Shown here: piece by piece, positions 16,877-26,645 of the stretch | How the letters are laid out: every line of letters starts with the position of its first letter | Position numbering within the stretch: position 1 is the first letter of the stretch | From: an uncultured Candidatus Rokubacteria bacterium | GTDB lineage: Bacteria > Methylomirabilota > Methylomirabilia > Rokubacteriales > DASRDR01 | Direction of reading: 5' to 3' | NCBI GenBank assembly: GCA_963826115.1 | Contig: CAWGVS010000005.1 | Coordinates: 1,120,001 to 1,184,000 of the forward strand | DNA: 64,000 nucleotides | Position numbers and translations under genes: made by a program | The notes under the pieces: generated by a model | What the model was told of the DNA's origin: nothing | Database searches by the model: none | Seen by the model: only the letters and a program-made list of their open reading frames with translations

Positions 16877-18007
16877 TCAGCTGATCAGCGGCAGCTTGGG
16901 CGCCGCGGCCTCGGCCAGACGGTCCCTGACGCCCGCCGCGACACGCCGGAACGCGGCCGCCTGGGGCGACGACGGCCGGGCCACGACGATCGGCTCCCCG
17001 GTGTCGCCGCCGATCCGCATCTCGGGATCGATCGGGATCGAGCCGAGCACGGGCACCTCGAACTCGCGCCCGAGCTTGGCGCCGCCCCCCTCGCCGAAGA
17101 TCGGCGTGTCATGGCCGCAGTGCGGGCACGCGAACCCCGCCATGTTCTCGACGATACCCAGGACGGGCACGTTCATTTTCCGAAACATCTGAAGGCCCTT
17201 CCGGACGTCCAGCAGGGACACGTCCTGGGGCGTCGTCACCATCACCACACCCGAAAGCGGGAGCGTCTGGGAGAGCGACAGCTGCGCGTCTCCGGTCCCG
17301 GGCGGCATGTCGAAGAGGAGGTAGTCGAGCGGACCCCACTCCACGTCCTTCAGGAACTGCTGGACGGCCGAGTGGATCATCGGCCCGCGCCAGATGACGG
17401 GATCTCCCTCCTTCACGAAGAAGCCGATCGACATCACCTTCACGCCGTACGCCTGGACCGGGACGATCCGGTTCGCGACCATCGCCGGACGCCCGCGCGC
17501 CCCGATCATCAGCGGGACGTTCGGCCCGTAGACGTCGACGTCCACGATCCCGACCTCCGCCCCGTCACCGTGAAGCGCGAGGGCCAGGTTCACGGCGACC
17601 GTGGACTTCCCGACGCCGCCCTTCCCGGAGGACACCGCGATCGTGTGCTTGACCTCGGGGATCAGGTCCGCTCCGGCGGGGGCCGCCCCGTGGCCGTGAC
17701 CCTGGGCGTGTCCCGCCCCGTGGCCGCCGGCAGCACGCGACGCGATGGTTGCCTTGACGTCGGAGACGCCCGCGAGCGCCTGGACGGCCTTCCGCGCCCG
17801 GTTGTGGATCTCCGCGCGGGCGAGCGGCGGTTGCTCCCCGGTGAACTGGAGCGTGAAGGCGACCTGGCCGGCCTCGACCGTCAGCCCCTCGACCAGGCCG
17901 AGGGTCACGATGTCCTTCCCGACATTGGGATCGACTACGCCGCGGAGCGCCGTCAAGACGGCATCCTTCGTGATCCCGCTCGCCTTCCCACCACCGAAAA
18001 GACCCAT
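16877..18007 (-). CDS. apbC: Mrp/ApbC Fe-S cluster carrier ATPase
   Basis: N-terminal DUF59-like VVDPNVGKDIV, SGKGGVGKST, WRGPM, DMPPGTGDAQL, VENM...CPHC. Confidence 0.95.
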   Translation of the reverse strand: MGLFGGGKASGITKDAVLTALRGVVDPNVGKDIVTLGLVEGLTVEAGQVAFTLQFTGEQPPLARAEIHNRARKAVQALAGVSDVKATIASRAAGGHGAGHAQGHGHGAAPAGADLIPEVKHTIAVSSGKGGVGKSTVAVNLALALHGDGAEVGIVDVDVYGPNVPLMIGARGRPAMVANRIVPVQAYGVKVMSIGFFVKEGDPVIWRGPMIHSAVQQFLKDVEWGPLDYLLFDMPPGTGDAQLSLSQTLPLSGVVMVTTPQDVSLLDVRKGLQMFRKMNVPVLGIVENMAGFACPHCGHDTPIFGEGGGAKLGREFEVPVLGSIPIDPEMRIGGDTGEPIVVARPSSPQAAAFRRVAAGVRDRLAEAAAPKLPLIS

Positions 18008-18015
18008 CGCGCCTC

Positions 18016-18044
18016 ACTATACGGAAGGGGTCAGAAGGGGTCAA
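18016..18044 (-). promoter_or_regulatory. Sigma70 promoter of apbC (leaderless-type)
   Basis: TTGACC-N17-TATAGT, ending 8 nt before the ATG. Confidence 0.7.
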
Positions 18045-18204
18045 GCAACGCGGCCCGGGAGGAGCGCGGGAACCACGCGATTTGTCGGCGGAATCGGCCC
18101 GGGGTCGAGTCACCGGCCCGGTGCCGACGACGAGGCCCGACCTCCCCGGAACGGCGGGGCCTCGAGGGCGGCCGGGACGAGCGCGTCCTCGCTCTTCGCC
18201 GACC

Positions 18205-19947
18205 TCAGGCGGTCTTCCGGCGCGCCTTGGGCGCCGGAGTCTTCCGGGGACGGAGGTCGCCGAGCACGGCGCGCGCCGCACGCACGCCCTCGGCGGCCGC
18301 GCCCTCCATGAAGCCCTGGAACTCGCTCGACGTGTGCTCGCCCGCGAAGTGGACGTTCCGCTGGCGGACGGCCTCGTAGCCGCCGAACGCCTGGTATTGC
18401 CCGACGCGGTAGTACGAGTAGGAGCCGTTCAGGTTCGGGTCGAGGAACGGCACCGACAGGGTCGCGAGCCCGTTCCACTCCGACGTGACCCCGGGCCACA
18501 CGGTCTCGAGCGCCGCCAGAGTGGACCGCGCCACGTCCCCAACCTGCGCGTGCGCGCCGGCGTCGCCCCAGGGCAGCGGCGCCGCCACGGCCCCCGAGGC
18601 CTCATCCAGCCCGTAGCAGACCACGAGACCGCTGTCGCCCCCCTGGCCACGGGACGACTCCCACGTCACGAGAGGTCCGCGGTCCGTGGCCACCGCGCCG
18701 GTGCCGGGCCGCGCGAGCTCGGGCCGCCGCCAGGCGCGGCTCCGGAGCTGGACGTGGAGTTTCGAGTTCCGTCCCATGCCGAGCTCCTCGATGGCGCGCC
18801 GCTTGAGCGGGTCGAATCCCGCGCGCGCGTAGTCCAGGCCGCGGAGCACGGCGAAGGGAAGCGCGAGGATCACGTGGTCCACACGCGTGGTCTTCGGCCC
18901 GTCGGGCGTCTCGAAGTCGAGCGTCACGCGGCCGTCGCTCTCCCGCGCGATCGCGCGGAGCCGCCAGCCGAGGCGCACGGCGTCCCTCGGCAGCTTCGCC
19001 GCAATGGCCTGCGGCAAGCGGTCGTTCCCTCCCGCGATCCTGAACCGCTCGTCGGACATCCCGGTGAGGGCGAGGCGTCCGCCGGGCGGCTGCTCGCCGA
19101 GGAGGTACACCAGGTTCAGCGCCGACTGGTCCGCCGTCGGCGCGCCGTACTCGAGCGCGTAGGCGACGTCGAGCAGCCGGCCGAGGCGCGACGACGCGCC
19201 GCCGGGCACGCGAGCCTCGATCCACTCGCGGACGCTCATGCGGTCGAGCGCGACCCCCGCAGGCGTCTGCGTCTTGTGCGTGGTCTCCTCGCCGGCCGCG
19301 TCGAGGTCCCGGCGAAGGAGCGGGTACACCGCCTGGAACTCGCGATCGGCCTCGGCGACCGGGTAGCCCGCGCCCAGCACGTGGAAGGCGTCCTCCGCCC
19401 CGGGCGCCTCGGCGGCGTGGAGATCGACCGTGGCCAGGCCGAAGCGCCGGGCGAGGCGGAGCATCGTCTGGTGGTCGGTGTTGATGAGCTCGCCGCACCA
19501 CTCGCTCACCTGTCCGTCGCGCCAGTAGCCGGTCGCGTTGGAGTGGACCCGGCCCCCGACCTGCGCGCTGGACTCGTAGAGCGTCGCGGGAACGCCCGCG
19601 TCCTGAAGCGTGAGGGCGGCGGCGAGGCCGCCGAGCCCGGCGCCGACGATCCCCACCGCGGGCGGGGCCTTCTTCGCCGGCGCTTTCCTCGCCGGGGGCG
19701 GCGCCGACGCCGCGTCGAGACGGCGCGCCCCGAGGACCAGCGCCGCGGCGGCCGCCCCGCCGCCCAGGAGGAGCGCGCGCCGCGAGACGAGGGCCGCCCC
19801 GGACGGGGTCATGCGCCCCTGACGCGCGGCCTCGCGCCGCGGGAGCCAGTCGGCCCGCACGGCGGCCGGCGGCACGCCTCGGCGCCACGCCTCCGCCTGA
19901 ACGGCTGCCAGCACCACGACCGCCTGCCCGATCGGCGTCCGCGTCAC
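18205..19947 (-). CDS. Flavin monoamine oxidase family protein with twin-arginine-like motif
   Basis: IVGAGLGGL FAD motif, VGGRVHS, GELIN, HFAGEHTS, QGFMEGAA; SRRALL motif; AAGGAG RBS before GTG 19947. Confidence 0.9.
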   Translation of the reverse strand: MTRTPIGQAVVVLAAVQAEAWRRGVPPAAVRADWLPRREAARQGRMTPSGAALVSRRALLLGGGAAAAALVLGARRLDAASAPPPARKAPAKKAPPAVGIVGAGLGGLAAALTLQDAGVPATLYESSAQVGGRVHSNATGYWRDGQVSEWCGELINTDHQTMLRLARRFGLATVDLHAAEAPGAEDAFHVLGAGYPVAEADREFQAVYPLLRRDLDAAGEETTHKTQTPAGVALDRMSVREWIEARVPGGASSRLGRLLDVAYALEYGAPTADQSALNLVYLLGEQPPGGRLALTGMSDERFRIAGGNDRLPQAIAAKLPRDAVRLGWRLRAIARESDGRVTLDFETPDGPKTTRVDHVILALPFAVLRGLDYARAGFDPLKRRAIEELGMGRNSKLHVQLRSRAWRRPELARPGTGAVATDRGPLVTWESSRGQGGDSGLVVCYGLDEASGAVAAPLPWGDAGAHAQVGDVARSTLAALETVWPGVTSEWNGLATLSVPFLDPNLNGSYSYYRVGQYQAFGGYEAVRQRNVHFAGEHTSSEFQGFMEGAAAEGVRAARAVLGDLRPRKTPAPKARRKTA

Positions 19948-20145
19948 GGCCGGCTCCTTCCTCGCTCGTCTCGCTCGACGTCGAAGCCCGCTTCCACCGC
20001 GCTGGCCCCCTCCGGCCGGACGGGTCCAGGCCCGCCGGCCCGCCGGCATGCTAGCACATGGGATCGGCACCCGAGGGCCCGCGTGGCCGGCGGCCCCGCA
20101 CGAGTTCCATGACAGGACCGCGCCCGGATTGATATAGTGCCCGAA

Positions 20146-20694
20146 ATGCTCGAACGCTTGCCGAGATGGCTGGGCTGGGCTCGCGACACGGAGCATGCGC
20201 GCCGCGTCGGGATCCTGGGTCGCACGCCGGTCTTCGCCGGCCTCTCGCGGCACCTCCTCGCGCGGCTCGCCGTGCAGCTCTTCGAAAAGGCCTACGCCCC
20301 CGGTGAGGCCGCCTTCCTGGAGGGCGACCCGGGCAAGGGTCTCTTCGTGGTCCTGGACGGTGAGGTCGAGGTCGTCCGCGACACCGGCCAGGGTCCGCAG
20401 CGGATCGTCACCTTCGGCCCCGGGACCGCGTTCGGGGAGCTCGCGCTCATCGACGACCTCCCGCGGTCGGCCAGCGCGCTCGCGACGACGCCCACGCGAC
20501 TCCTCATCCTCTACCGGAGCCACTTCGAGGACCTCGTGGCCGGCGACCGCGCCATCGCGCTCGTCGTGTCCAAGAACCTCCTGCGCCTCCTCGCCGGGTA
20601 CGTGCGCGCCGCCAACGTGACGCGCGCCAAGGCCGAGGCGGCGGCCATCCCCGCGGCCGTCGCCGACGCGCCCGCGGCGCCGCCCACCCGGTGA
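20146..20694 (+). CDS. Stand-alone cyclic-nucleotide-binding domain protein
   Basis: EGDPGKGLFVVLDGEVEV, FGELAL...PRSAS phosphate-binding cassette; no HTH; TG-N-TATAGT 7 nt before ATG. Confidence 0.9.
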   Translation: MLERLPRWLGWARDTEHARRVGILGRTPVFAGLSRHLLARLAVQLFEKAYAPGEAAFLEGDPGKGLFVVLDGEVEVVRDTGQGPQRIVTFGPGTAFGELALIDDLPRSASALATTPTRLLILYRSHFEDLVAGDRAIALVVSKNLLRLLAGYVRAANVTRAKAEAAAIPAAVADAPAAPPTR

Positions 20695-21857
20695 GCGACG
20701 GCTCCGGGTCCTCCGAGTCCGTCGCCCCGGCGCCCGCCGCGGTCGTCGCGCTGCCCGTGGCTGCCCCGGCTGCCCGAGGCGCCTCGCCGCTCACGTGGCT
20801 GGCGATCATCGGAGCCGTCGTGGGGCTCGGCTTCCTCCTCCGCGGGCTCGTCATCCCCATCGCGCTGGCCGCCCTCCTCGCCTACTTCCTGAACCCCCTC
20901 GCCGCGCGGATCCAGGGACTCGGCATCCGCCGCACCGTGGCGGTGACGGCGCTCTTCGCCGGATTCGCGCTGCTCGTCGTCTTGCTGGCCGCCGTGGTGG
21001 CCCCGCGCTTCCGCGCGGAGGGAGTGGCCCTCATCTCGAATCTCCCCTCGCTTGCCCGGACGCTCGAGGTCGGCATCGACGGGCTCCAGGTGGAGATGGC
21101 CAAGAACTACCCGCAGACGCAGCGCTTCCTGCCGAAGGAGGCGCGGCACGAGGGCTGGCTCCTCGAGCTGATCGAGGAGCGCATGGGCAACGCCTCGGAG
21201 ATGCTCGCCCACGTCGGGCTGATCGCGTTCATCGTGGGGCTCACGCCCATCTTCGCGTTCTTCTTCCTCCGAGACGGCGGCGTCATCGTCGCGTACCTGA
21301 TCGACCGCCTCCGGCCGGCGCACATCGAGACGACCGTCGCCGTCTGGTGCGAGATCGACCGGATCATCGGCAAGTACCTGCGGGGCCTGGCCCTCGACGC
21401 GCTGGTCATCGGGGCGCTGGCGACGCTGGGCCTCTGGCTGGTCGGCGCGCCGTACCCGCTGCTTCTCGGCGCCTTCACGACCCTCGTGAATCCCCTGCCC
21501 TACCTGGGCACGGTGCTCAGCGTCGGCGTCGCCGCCGTCGTGTCGATCGCCAACGGGCAGCCGGTGGGGCGGATCGGGTGGATCGTCGCCGTGTACGTGA
21601 TCATCCGCATCCTCGACGACCTCGTCGTCGCGGCGATCACCATCGGCGGCAGCGTCCACATGCACCCCATGCTGGTGCTGGTGTCGATCCTCGTCGGCGA
21701 GCAGACCCTCGGCCTCCTCGGGATGGTGGCCGCCGTGCCGCTGGTCACGGTGGTCAAGGAGACGGCGCGGCTCCTCCTCGAGCACCGCCGGAACCTCGCG
21801 CGCCCGCACGTGCCGACCGCCCGGGGCGCGGGCCGCATCCCGCAGTATGTCTGCTGA
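20691..21857 (+). CDS. AI-2E (PerM) family transporter
   Basis: IALAALLAYFLNP, FFFLRDG, YLRG, PLPYLG, MHPMLVL, AVPL; GTGA overlap. Confidence 0.92.
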   Translation: MSDGSGSSESVAPAPAAVVALPVAAPAARGASPLTWLAIIGAVVGLGFLLRGLVIPIALAALLAYFLNPLAARIQGLGIRRTVAVTALFAGFALLVVLLAAVVAPRFRAEGVALISNLPSLARTLEVGIDGLQVEMAKNYPQTQRFLPKEARHEGWLLELIEERMGNASEMLAHVGLIAFIVGLTPIFAFFFLRDGGVIVAYLIDRLRPAHIETTVAVWCEIDRIIGKYLRGLALDALVIGALATLGLWLVGAPYPLLLGAFTTLVNPLPYLGTVLSVGVAAVVSIANGQPVGRIGWIVAVYVIIRILDDLVVAAITIGGSVHMHPMLVLVSILVGEQTLGLLGMVAAVPLVTVVKETARLLLEHRRNLARPHVPTARGAGRIPQYVC

Positions 21858-23034
21858 CCCCGCGCTCCCCACGCGCCTCCTCATGGGATCGGGGCCCACC
21901 AACCCCGACGCCCGGGTCTTGCGGGCGATGGCGACGGGACTCGTCGGCCAGTTCGACCCCTCGTTCACCGCACTCATGACGGACACGCAGGACCTCCTCC
22001 GCCGCGCACTCCGGACGCGGAACCGCGCGACCTTCCCGGTCCCCGGCACCAGCCGCGCCGGGATGGAGGCGGCCGTCGTGAGCGTCGTCGAGCCGGGCGA
22101 GCGTGTCGCCGTCGTGGAGAACGGGCGCTTCGGGCTGCTCTTCGAGCACATCGCTCGCTGCGCCGGCGCCGAGGTCGTCGCGATCCGGGCGCCGTGGGGC
22201 CGCCCCGCGGACCCGGACGACGTGGCGCGGGCCCTCGACGCCTCGGGGGCCGCGATTCTCCTGCTGGTGCACGCCGAGACCTCGACCGGCGTGATGAACC
22301 CCGTGCGGGAGATCGCCGCCGCCGGTCGCCGTCGCGGCGCGACCGTGATCGTGGACGCCGTATGCTCGTTCGCGGGGGCGCCGCTCGAGACGGACGCCTG
22401 GGAGCTCGACGTCGTGGTCGCCGGCACCCAGAAGTGCCTCGGCTGCCCATCCGGGCTGGCCCCCGTCACCTACTCGGACGCAATCGCGGCGCGGATGGCC
22501 CGCCGGCGGAGCCCGATCCGCTCGAACTACCTCGACCTCACGCAGCTCGACCGCTACTGGAGCCCGGAGCGCCTGAACCACCACACGGCGCCGACCACGA
22601 TGGTCTACGGTCTCCACGAGGCCCTGCGACTCGTGGACGAGGAGGGCGTCGACGCGCGGATCCAGCGCCACCGGGCCGCCGGCGAGGCCATGGCGGCCGG
22701 CGTCCAGGCGCTCGGCCTCCGGCTCTACGGCGAGGCGGTGGGACCGACCAAGATGCCGATGCTCGCGCCCGTGGTGATCCCGGACGGCGTCGACGACGCC
22801 GCGTTCCGCGCGGAGCTCCTGGAGGCGCACGGCGTCGAGATCATGGGCGCGTTCGGCGCCCTTGCCGGCCGGATCTGGCGGATCGGGACGATGGCCGGCA
22901 ACGCCCGCCCCGCCCCCGTGGTGCGGACCCTCCGCGCCCTGTCGGACGCGCTCGGCGGCCGGGCCCGGGAAGCGCTACCCGCCGCTCTCGCCGCCGTCGA
23001 GCGCCGCTTCGAAGCGCTCGCGCACGCCGCCTGA
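21847..23034 (+). CDS. Class V aminotransferase (alanine-glyoxylate / PucG-like)
   Basis: LLMGSGP, GTSRAGMEA, HAETSTGV, VDAVCS, GTQKCL PLP lysine, NHHTAP, WRIGTM. Confidence 0.92.
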   Translation: MSADPALPTRLLMGSGPTNPDARVLRAMATGLVGQFDPSFTALMTDTQDLLRRALRTRNRATFPVPGTSRAGMEAAVVSVVEPGERVAVVENGRFGLLFEHIARCAGAEVVAIRAPWGRPADPDDVARALDASGAAILLLVHAETSTGVMNPVREIAAAGRRRGATVIVDAVCSFAGAPLETDAWELDVVVAGTQKCLGCPSGLAPVTYSDAIAARMARRRSPIRSNYLDLTQLDRYWSPERLNHHTAPTTMVYGLHEALRLVDEEGVDARIQRHRAAGEAMAAGVQALGLRLYGEAVGPTKMPMLAPVVIPDGVDDAAFRAELLEAHGVEIMGAFGALAGRIWRIGTMAGNARPAPVVRTLRALSDALGGRAREALPAALAAVERRFEALAHAA

Positions 23035-23045
23035 GGCGGCCCGGC

Positions 23046-23948
23046 TCAGGACTCGCCCCGCAGCGTCGGGTCGAGGACGTCGCGCAGCCAGTCGCCAGTC
23101 CGACTGACCACGAGCGACGTCAGCATCAAGAGGGCCCCGGGACACACAGAGATCCACCAGGCCGAGTCCAGGTACTCGCGGCCCTCCTGGATCATCCCGC
23201 CCCAGGACGGCGTCGGCGGCTGGATCCCCAGCCCCAGGAACGAGAGCGTCGCCTCCAGCACGATCGCGCGCGCCAGCTCGAGCGTCGCGATGACCATGAA
23301 CGTCGACGCGACGTTCGGCAGGACGTGCCGGATCAGGACCCGCGGCACCGACCCGCCGAGGGCCAGGATCGCGCTCACGAAGTCGCGCTGGCGGAGCGAC
23401 AACACCTGGGATCGCAGGACGCGGGCGTAGGTGACCCAGCCCGACAGCCCGACCACGATGACCAGGTTCGGGAACGACGGACCCAGCACCGCGATGATCC
23501 CGATCGCGAGCAGGATGAACGGGAACGCGAGCTGGGCGTCCGCGACGGTCATCACGACCTCGTCCATCCACCCCCCGCGGAAGCCCGCGACGAGGCCGAG
23601 CAGGCCCCCGACGAGGCCGCCGACCGCGACCGCCGCGAAGCCGATGGTCAAGGACACGCGCGTCCCGAACACCATGCGGGACAGCACGTCCCGGCCCAGC
23701 TGATCGGTGCCGAGGAGGTGCGCCCGACCGTCGGACGCCTCGAGCGTCGGCGCCTTGAGCCGCGCGCGGAGCGACCCGCGCTCGGGGTTGTGCGGGACGA
23801 TCAGCGGCGCCGCCACGGCGATCCCGATCAGGATCGCGACGAACAGCCCCCGCCGCGTAGAGCGGTCCGTGGCCGCGCCGCCTCGCGGCCGGCGGCGCCG
23901 GCAGCTCCACCCCAGTCCGCCCGCCGACACGGCCTCCACGGCCTTCAT
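23046..23948 (-). CDS. Peptide ABC transporter permease (DppC/OppC type); compensating indels near the N-terminus
   Basis: LLGTDQLGRD, RHVLPN, LSFLGLG-QPPTPSWG; about 23848-23913 reads better in another frame (GVELPAPPAARRRGHGPLYAAG). Confidence 0.92.
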   Translation of the reverse strand: MKAVEAVSAGGLGWSCRRRRPRGGAATDRSTRRGLFVAILIGIAVAAPLIVPHNPERGSLRARLKAPTLEASDGRAHLLGTDQLGRDVLSRMVFGTRVSLTIGFAAVAVGGLVGGLLGLVAGFRGGWMDEVVMTVADAQLAFPFILLAIGIIAVLGPSFPNLVIVVGLSGWVTYARVLRSQVLSLRQRDFVSAILALGGSVPRVLIRHVLPNVASTFMVIATLELARAIVLEATLSFLGLGIQPPTPSWGGMIQEGREYLDSAWWISVCPGALLMLTSLVVSRTGDWLRDVLDPTLRGES

Positions 23949-24871
23949 GCTCGGGCCCTGGGGTCCAGCACGCCGTAGAAGACGTCCAGGAGGAGGTTGA
24001 TCGCGATGAACATGACCGCCGCGATGAAGACGGTGGACTGCACCACCGGGTAGTCCCGGTTGTAGATCGACTGGATCGCGAGGCGTCCGATCCCGGGCCA
24101 GGCGAAGACCGTCTCCGTGACCACCGCGCCGCCGAGGAGGGTGCCGAACTGGAGCCCGGTGATGGTGAGGATGGGGAGCGCCGCGTTCCTGAGCGTGTGC
24201 TTCCCCACGATCCAGAACTCCGCCACCCCCTTGGCACGGGCCGTGCGCACGAAGTCGGCGCGGAGGACCTCGAGGACCGCCGAGCGGGTGATCCGCGCGA
24301 TCGAGGCCATCGTGAACGCGCCCAGCGTGAGCGCCGGCAGCACGAGGTTCCGCCAGTCGCCGCGCCCGGACGTCGGGAACAGGTCGAGCCGGAGCGACAG
24401 GACCAGGATGAACAGGATGCCGATGAAGAAGGTGGGCGCCGACTGCCCGATCAGCGCGAGGCCCATCGCCACGTGGTCGAGAGGCGAGTTCCGCCGGACC
24501 GCCGACAGCACGCCGATCGGGAACGCGACGACCAGCGCGACCAGCGAAGGCCGCCAGCCCCGAGCTCGAGCGTCGCGCCGCACGTAGGAGCGCGCCACCT
24601 CCATCGCCGGCTGCCGGAAGTGGATCGAGCGCCCGAAGTCTCCGCGCGCGACGTTGGCGAGGAACACGCCGTACTGAACCGGGATCGAGCGGTCCAGACC
24701 CAGGTCGTGGCGCACGCGCTCCATCTCGGAGGGAGGCGCGTCGGGCGGCAGGAGCAGCGGGACGGGGTCGCCGGACAGGCGCATCACGACGAACACGACC
24801 GTCGAGACGAGCCAGAGCGCAACCAGGGTCCGGAACAGCCGGTAGAGGAGAAAGCCGCCGAGGCCGCGCAT
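23945..24871 (-). CDS. Peptide ABC transporter permease (DppB/OppB type); short internal out-of-frame patch
   Basis: GDFGRS, TARAKG, HTLRNA, ETVFAWPGIG, RDYPVVQ; the ATLEL motif is out of frame around 24540-24585. Confidence 0.92.
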   Translation of the reverse strand: MRGLGGFLLYRLFRTLVALWLVSTVVFVVMRLSGDPVPLLLPPDAPPSEMERVRHDLGLDRSIPVQYGVFLANVARGDFGRSIHFRQPAMEVARSYVRRDARARGWRPSLVALVVAFPIGVLSAVRRNSPLDHVAMGLALIGQSAPTFFIGILFILVLSLRLDLFPTSGRGDWRNLVLPALTLGAFTMASIARITRSAVLEVLRADFVRTARAKGVAEFWIVGKHTLRNAALPILTITGLQFGTLLGGAVVTETVFAWPGIGRLAIQSIYNRDYPVVQSTVFIAAVMFIAINLLLDVFYGVLDPRARA

Positions 24872-24881
24872 GGCGCGAGCG

Positions 24882-24913
24882 GCCGGTCCCGGAGCCGCGG
24901 CCCCGGGACCGGC
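24882..24913. terminator. Intra-operon stem-loop after the substrate-binding protein gene
   Basis: GCCGGTCCCGG / CCGGGACCGGC 11-bp perfect inverted repeat; typical position for differential mRNA stabilisation in ABC operons. Confidence 0.55.
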
Positions 24914-24927
24914 GAGCTATCGCGGCG

Positions 24928-26559
24928 TCAGGCGCGCCGCATCTTCAGGTTGAACTTCCGCACCTCGAACTGCTGGTTCGGGTTCGGCGTGAAGTCCACG
25001 TACTTCTGGAGCCCGTAGTCCTCGTAGGGCTGCATGATGATGAGCCAGCCGAACGCCTTGTCGAGCATGATCCGCGTCATCTTGCGGTACGCCTCGGCCC
25101 GGAACTTCTCGTCGAGCGAGAAGCGCGCGGCGTTCCCCAGCTCGTCCCACTCCGGATCCCGGTAGTAGTCCTGTGGGCCGTTCGGGGCGAGCAGGCGCCA
25201 CATCATCCCGTCCGGGTCGCGGAGCGTGGAGGTGGGATCGGACCACCAGAGGCCCTTGAAGCTCTTGTTCCGGTTCTTCTCGGAGCGCACCGAGTACTCC
25301 ACGACCTCCACCGCCGCACCGGTCAGGCCGACGTCCTTCCACATGCTCACGATCGCCTCGGACATCGCCTTGTCCTGGGCCAGGTAGCCGACGGACGTCT
25401 CGATGATGATCGGCTCGCCCTTGTACCCCGACTTCTTCACGAGCTCGCGCGCCTCGTTCGGGTCGTACTTGAGGGGCGGGAGCGAGGAGTCGTAGAAACG
25501 GTCGCCCTGCGCGATCGGCCCGTTGGGCACGATCGCCCGGCCGCCGTACATCTCCTTGACGATCGCCTGGCGGTCGACGGCCAGCGCCATCGCCTTGCGC
25601 ACGAGCTCGTTGTTCAGCGGAGGGTTCTTCGCGTTGATCCCGAGGACGTAGAGCCCGGCGTAGAGGGCGCCGACGCCGCGCGTCGTCGCGTTCTGGTTCA
25701 CGCGGTCCCAGTGGTCCGACGACAGCTGCGTGATGACGTCCACCTCGCCCTTGAGGAGCGCCGCCACCCGCGGCGCCGTCTCGGGAATCGGGCGCCACAC
25801 GATCCGGTCGACCTCGATCTTCCCGCCCCAGTAGTCGGCGTTGGCCTCGAAGATGGCCTTGTCGTCCTTCACCCACGAGGCGACCTTGATCGGCCCAGTT
25901 CCCACGGGCTTCGTGTTGAAGGTGTCGGGGCCCACGTCCTCCACGTACTTCTTCGGGACGATCTGCCCGCCGTAGAAGGCGAGCCGGTCGGGGAGCAGCG
26001 GGTCCGACTTCTTGGTGTGGACGACCAGCGTCATGGGATCCGGCGCCTCGATGCGGTCGATGGTCGTGAACACGGTCGCGACCATGGTCTTCGCCGCCGG
26101 GTCGTAGGTCCGCTCGAGGCTGAACTTCGCGTCGGCGGACGTGAACGCGTCGCCGTTGTGCCACTTCACGCCCGGACGGAGCTTGAACGTCCAGGTCGTC
26201 GGCCCCGTCGCCTTCCACTCGGTGGCCAGGCTCGGATAGAGCTTCTGGTCGGGGTGGCGGCTCGTCAGGTTGTCGAAGACGTTGAACGACACCCGGATGT
26301 CGTTGGACGACGTCGAGAAGTGGGGGTCGAACTTCGAGATGTCGCCGCCCTGCGCGACGACCAGCTCGCGCTTCTGGGTCGTCTGCGCCCCGGCGCGCAC
26401 CGGCGCCGCGGCGTCGGCCAGCGCGCCCGCGCCCGCGGCGGTCAGGCCGAGGATACCGGCCCGGCGCAGGAAGTCGCGCCGCGAGACGGCGCCCCTCTCG
26501 AGCGCGTTGACGAGCGCCTCGACCGTCGGGGTCTCCGCGTTTCGCTCCACGTGGTCCAT
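24928..26559 (-). CDS. Peptide ABC transporter substrate-binding protein (family 5), Tat signal
   Basis: SRRDFL Tat motif, LATEW, FKLRPGVKWHNG, PVGTGP, VRKAMALAVDR; GGAGG RBS. Confidence 0.94.
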   Translation of the reverse strand: MDHVERNAETPTVEALVNALERGAVSRRDFLRRAGILGLTAAGAGALADAAAPVRAGAQTTQKRELVVAQGGDISKFDPHFSTSSNDIRVSFNVFDNLTSRHPDQKLYPSLATEWKATGPTTWTFKLRPGVKWHNGDAFTSADAKFSLERTYDPAAKTMVATVFTTIDRIEAPDPMTLVVHTKKSDPLLPDRLAFYGGQIVPKKYVEDVGPDTFNTKPVGTGPIKVASWVKDDKAIFEANADYWGGKIEVDRIVWRPIPETAPRVAALLKGEVDVITQLSSDHWDRVNQNATTRGVGALYAGLYVLGINAKNPPLNNELVRKAMALAVDRQAIVKEMYGGRAIVPNGPIAQGDRFYDSSLPPLKYDPNEARELVKKSGYKGEPIIIETSVGYLAQDKAMSEAIVSMWKDVGLTGAAVEVVEYSVRSEKNRNKSFKGLWWSDPTSTLRDPDGMMWRLLAPNGPQDYYRDPEWDELGNAARFSLDEKFRAEAYRKMTRIMLDKAFGWLIIMQPYEDYGLQKYVDFTPNPNQQFEVRKFNLKMRRA

Positions 26560-26645
26560 CATCAGCCTCCTGGCCGGCGTGCGCGGCCATCGCGTGGGGT
26601 CGACATGCCAATTGCGTCCGGGTCGCGTCGTTGCGGGGTAGGCCA

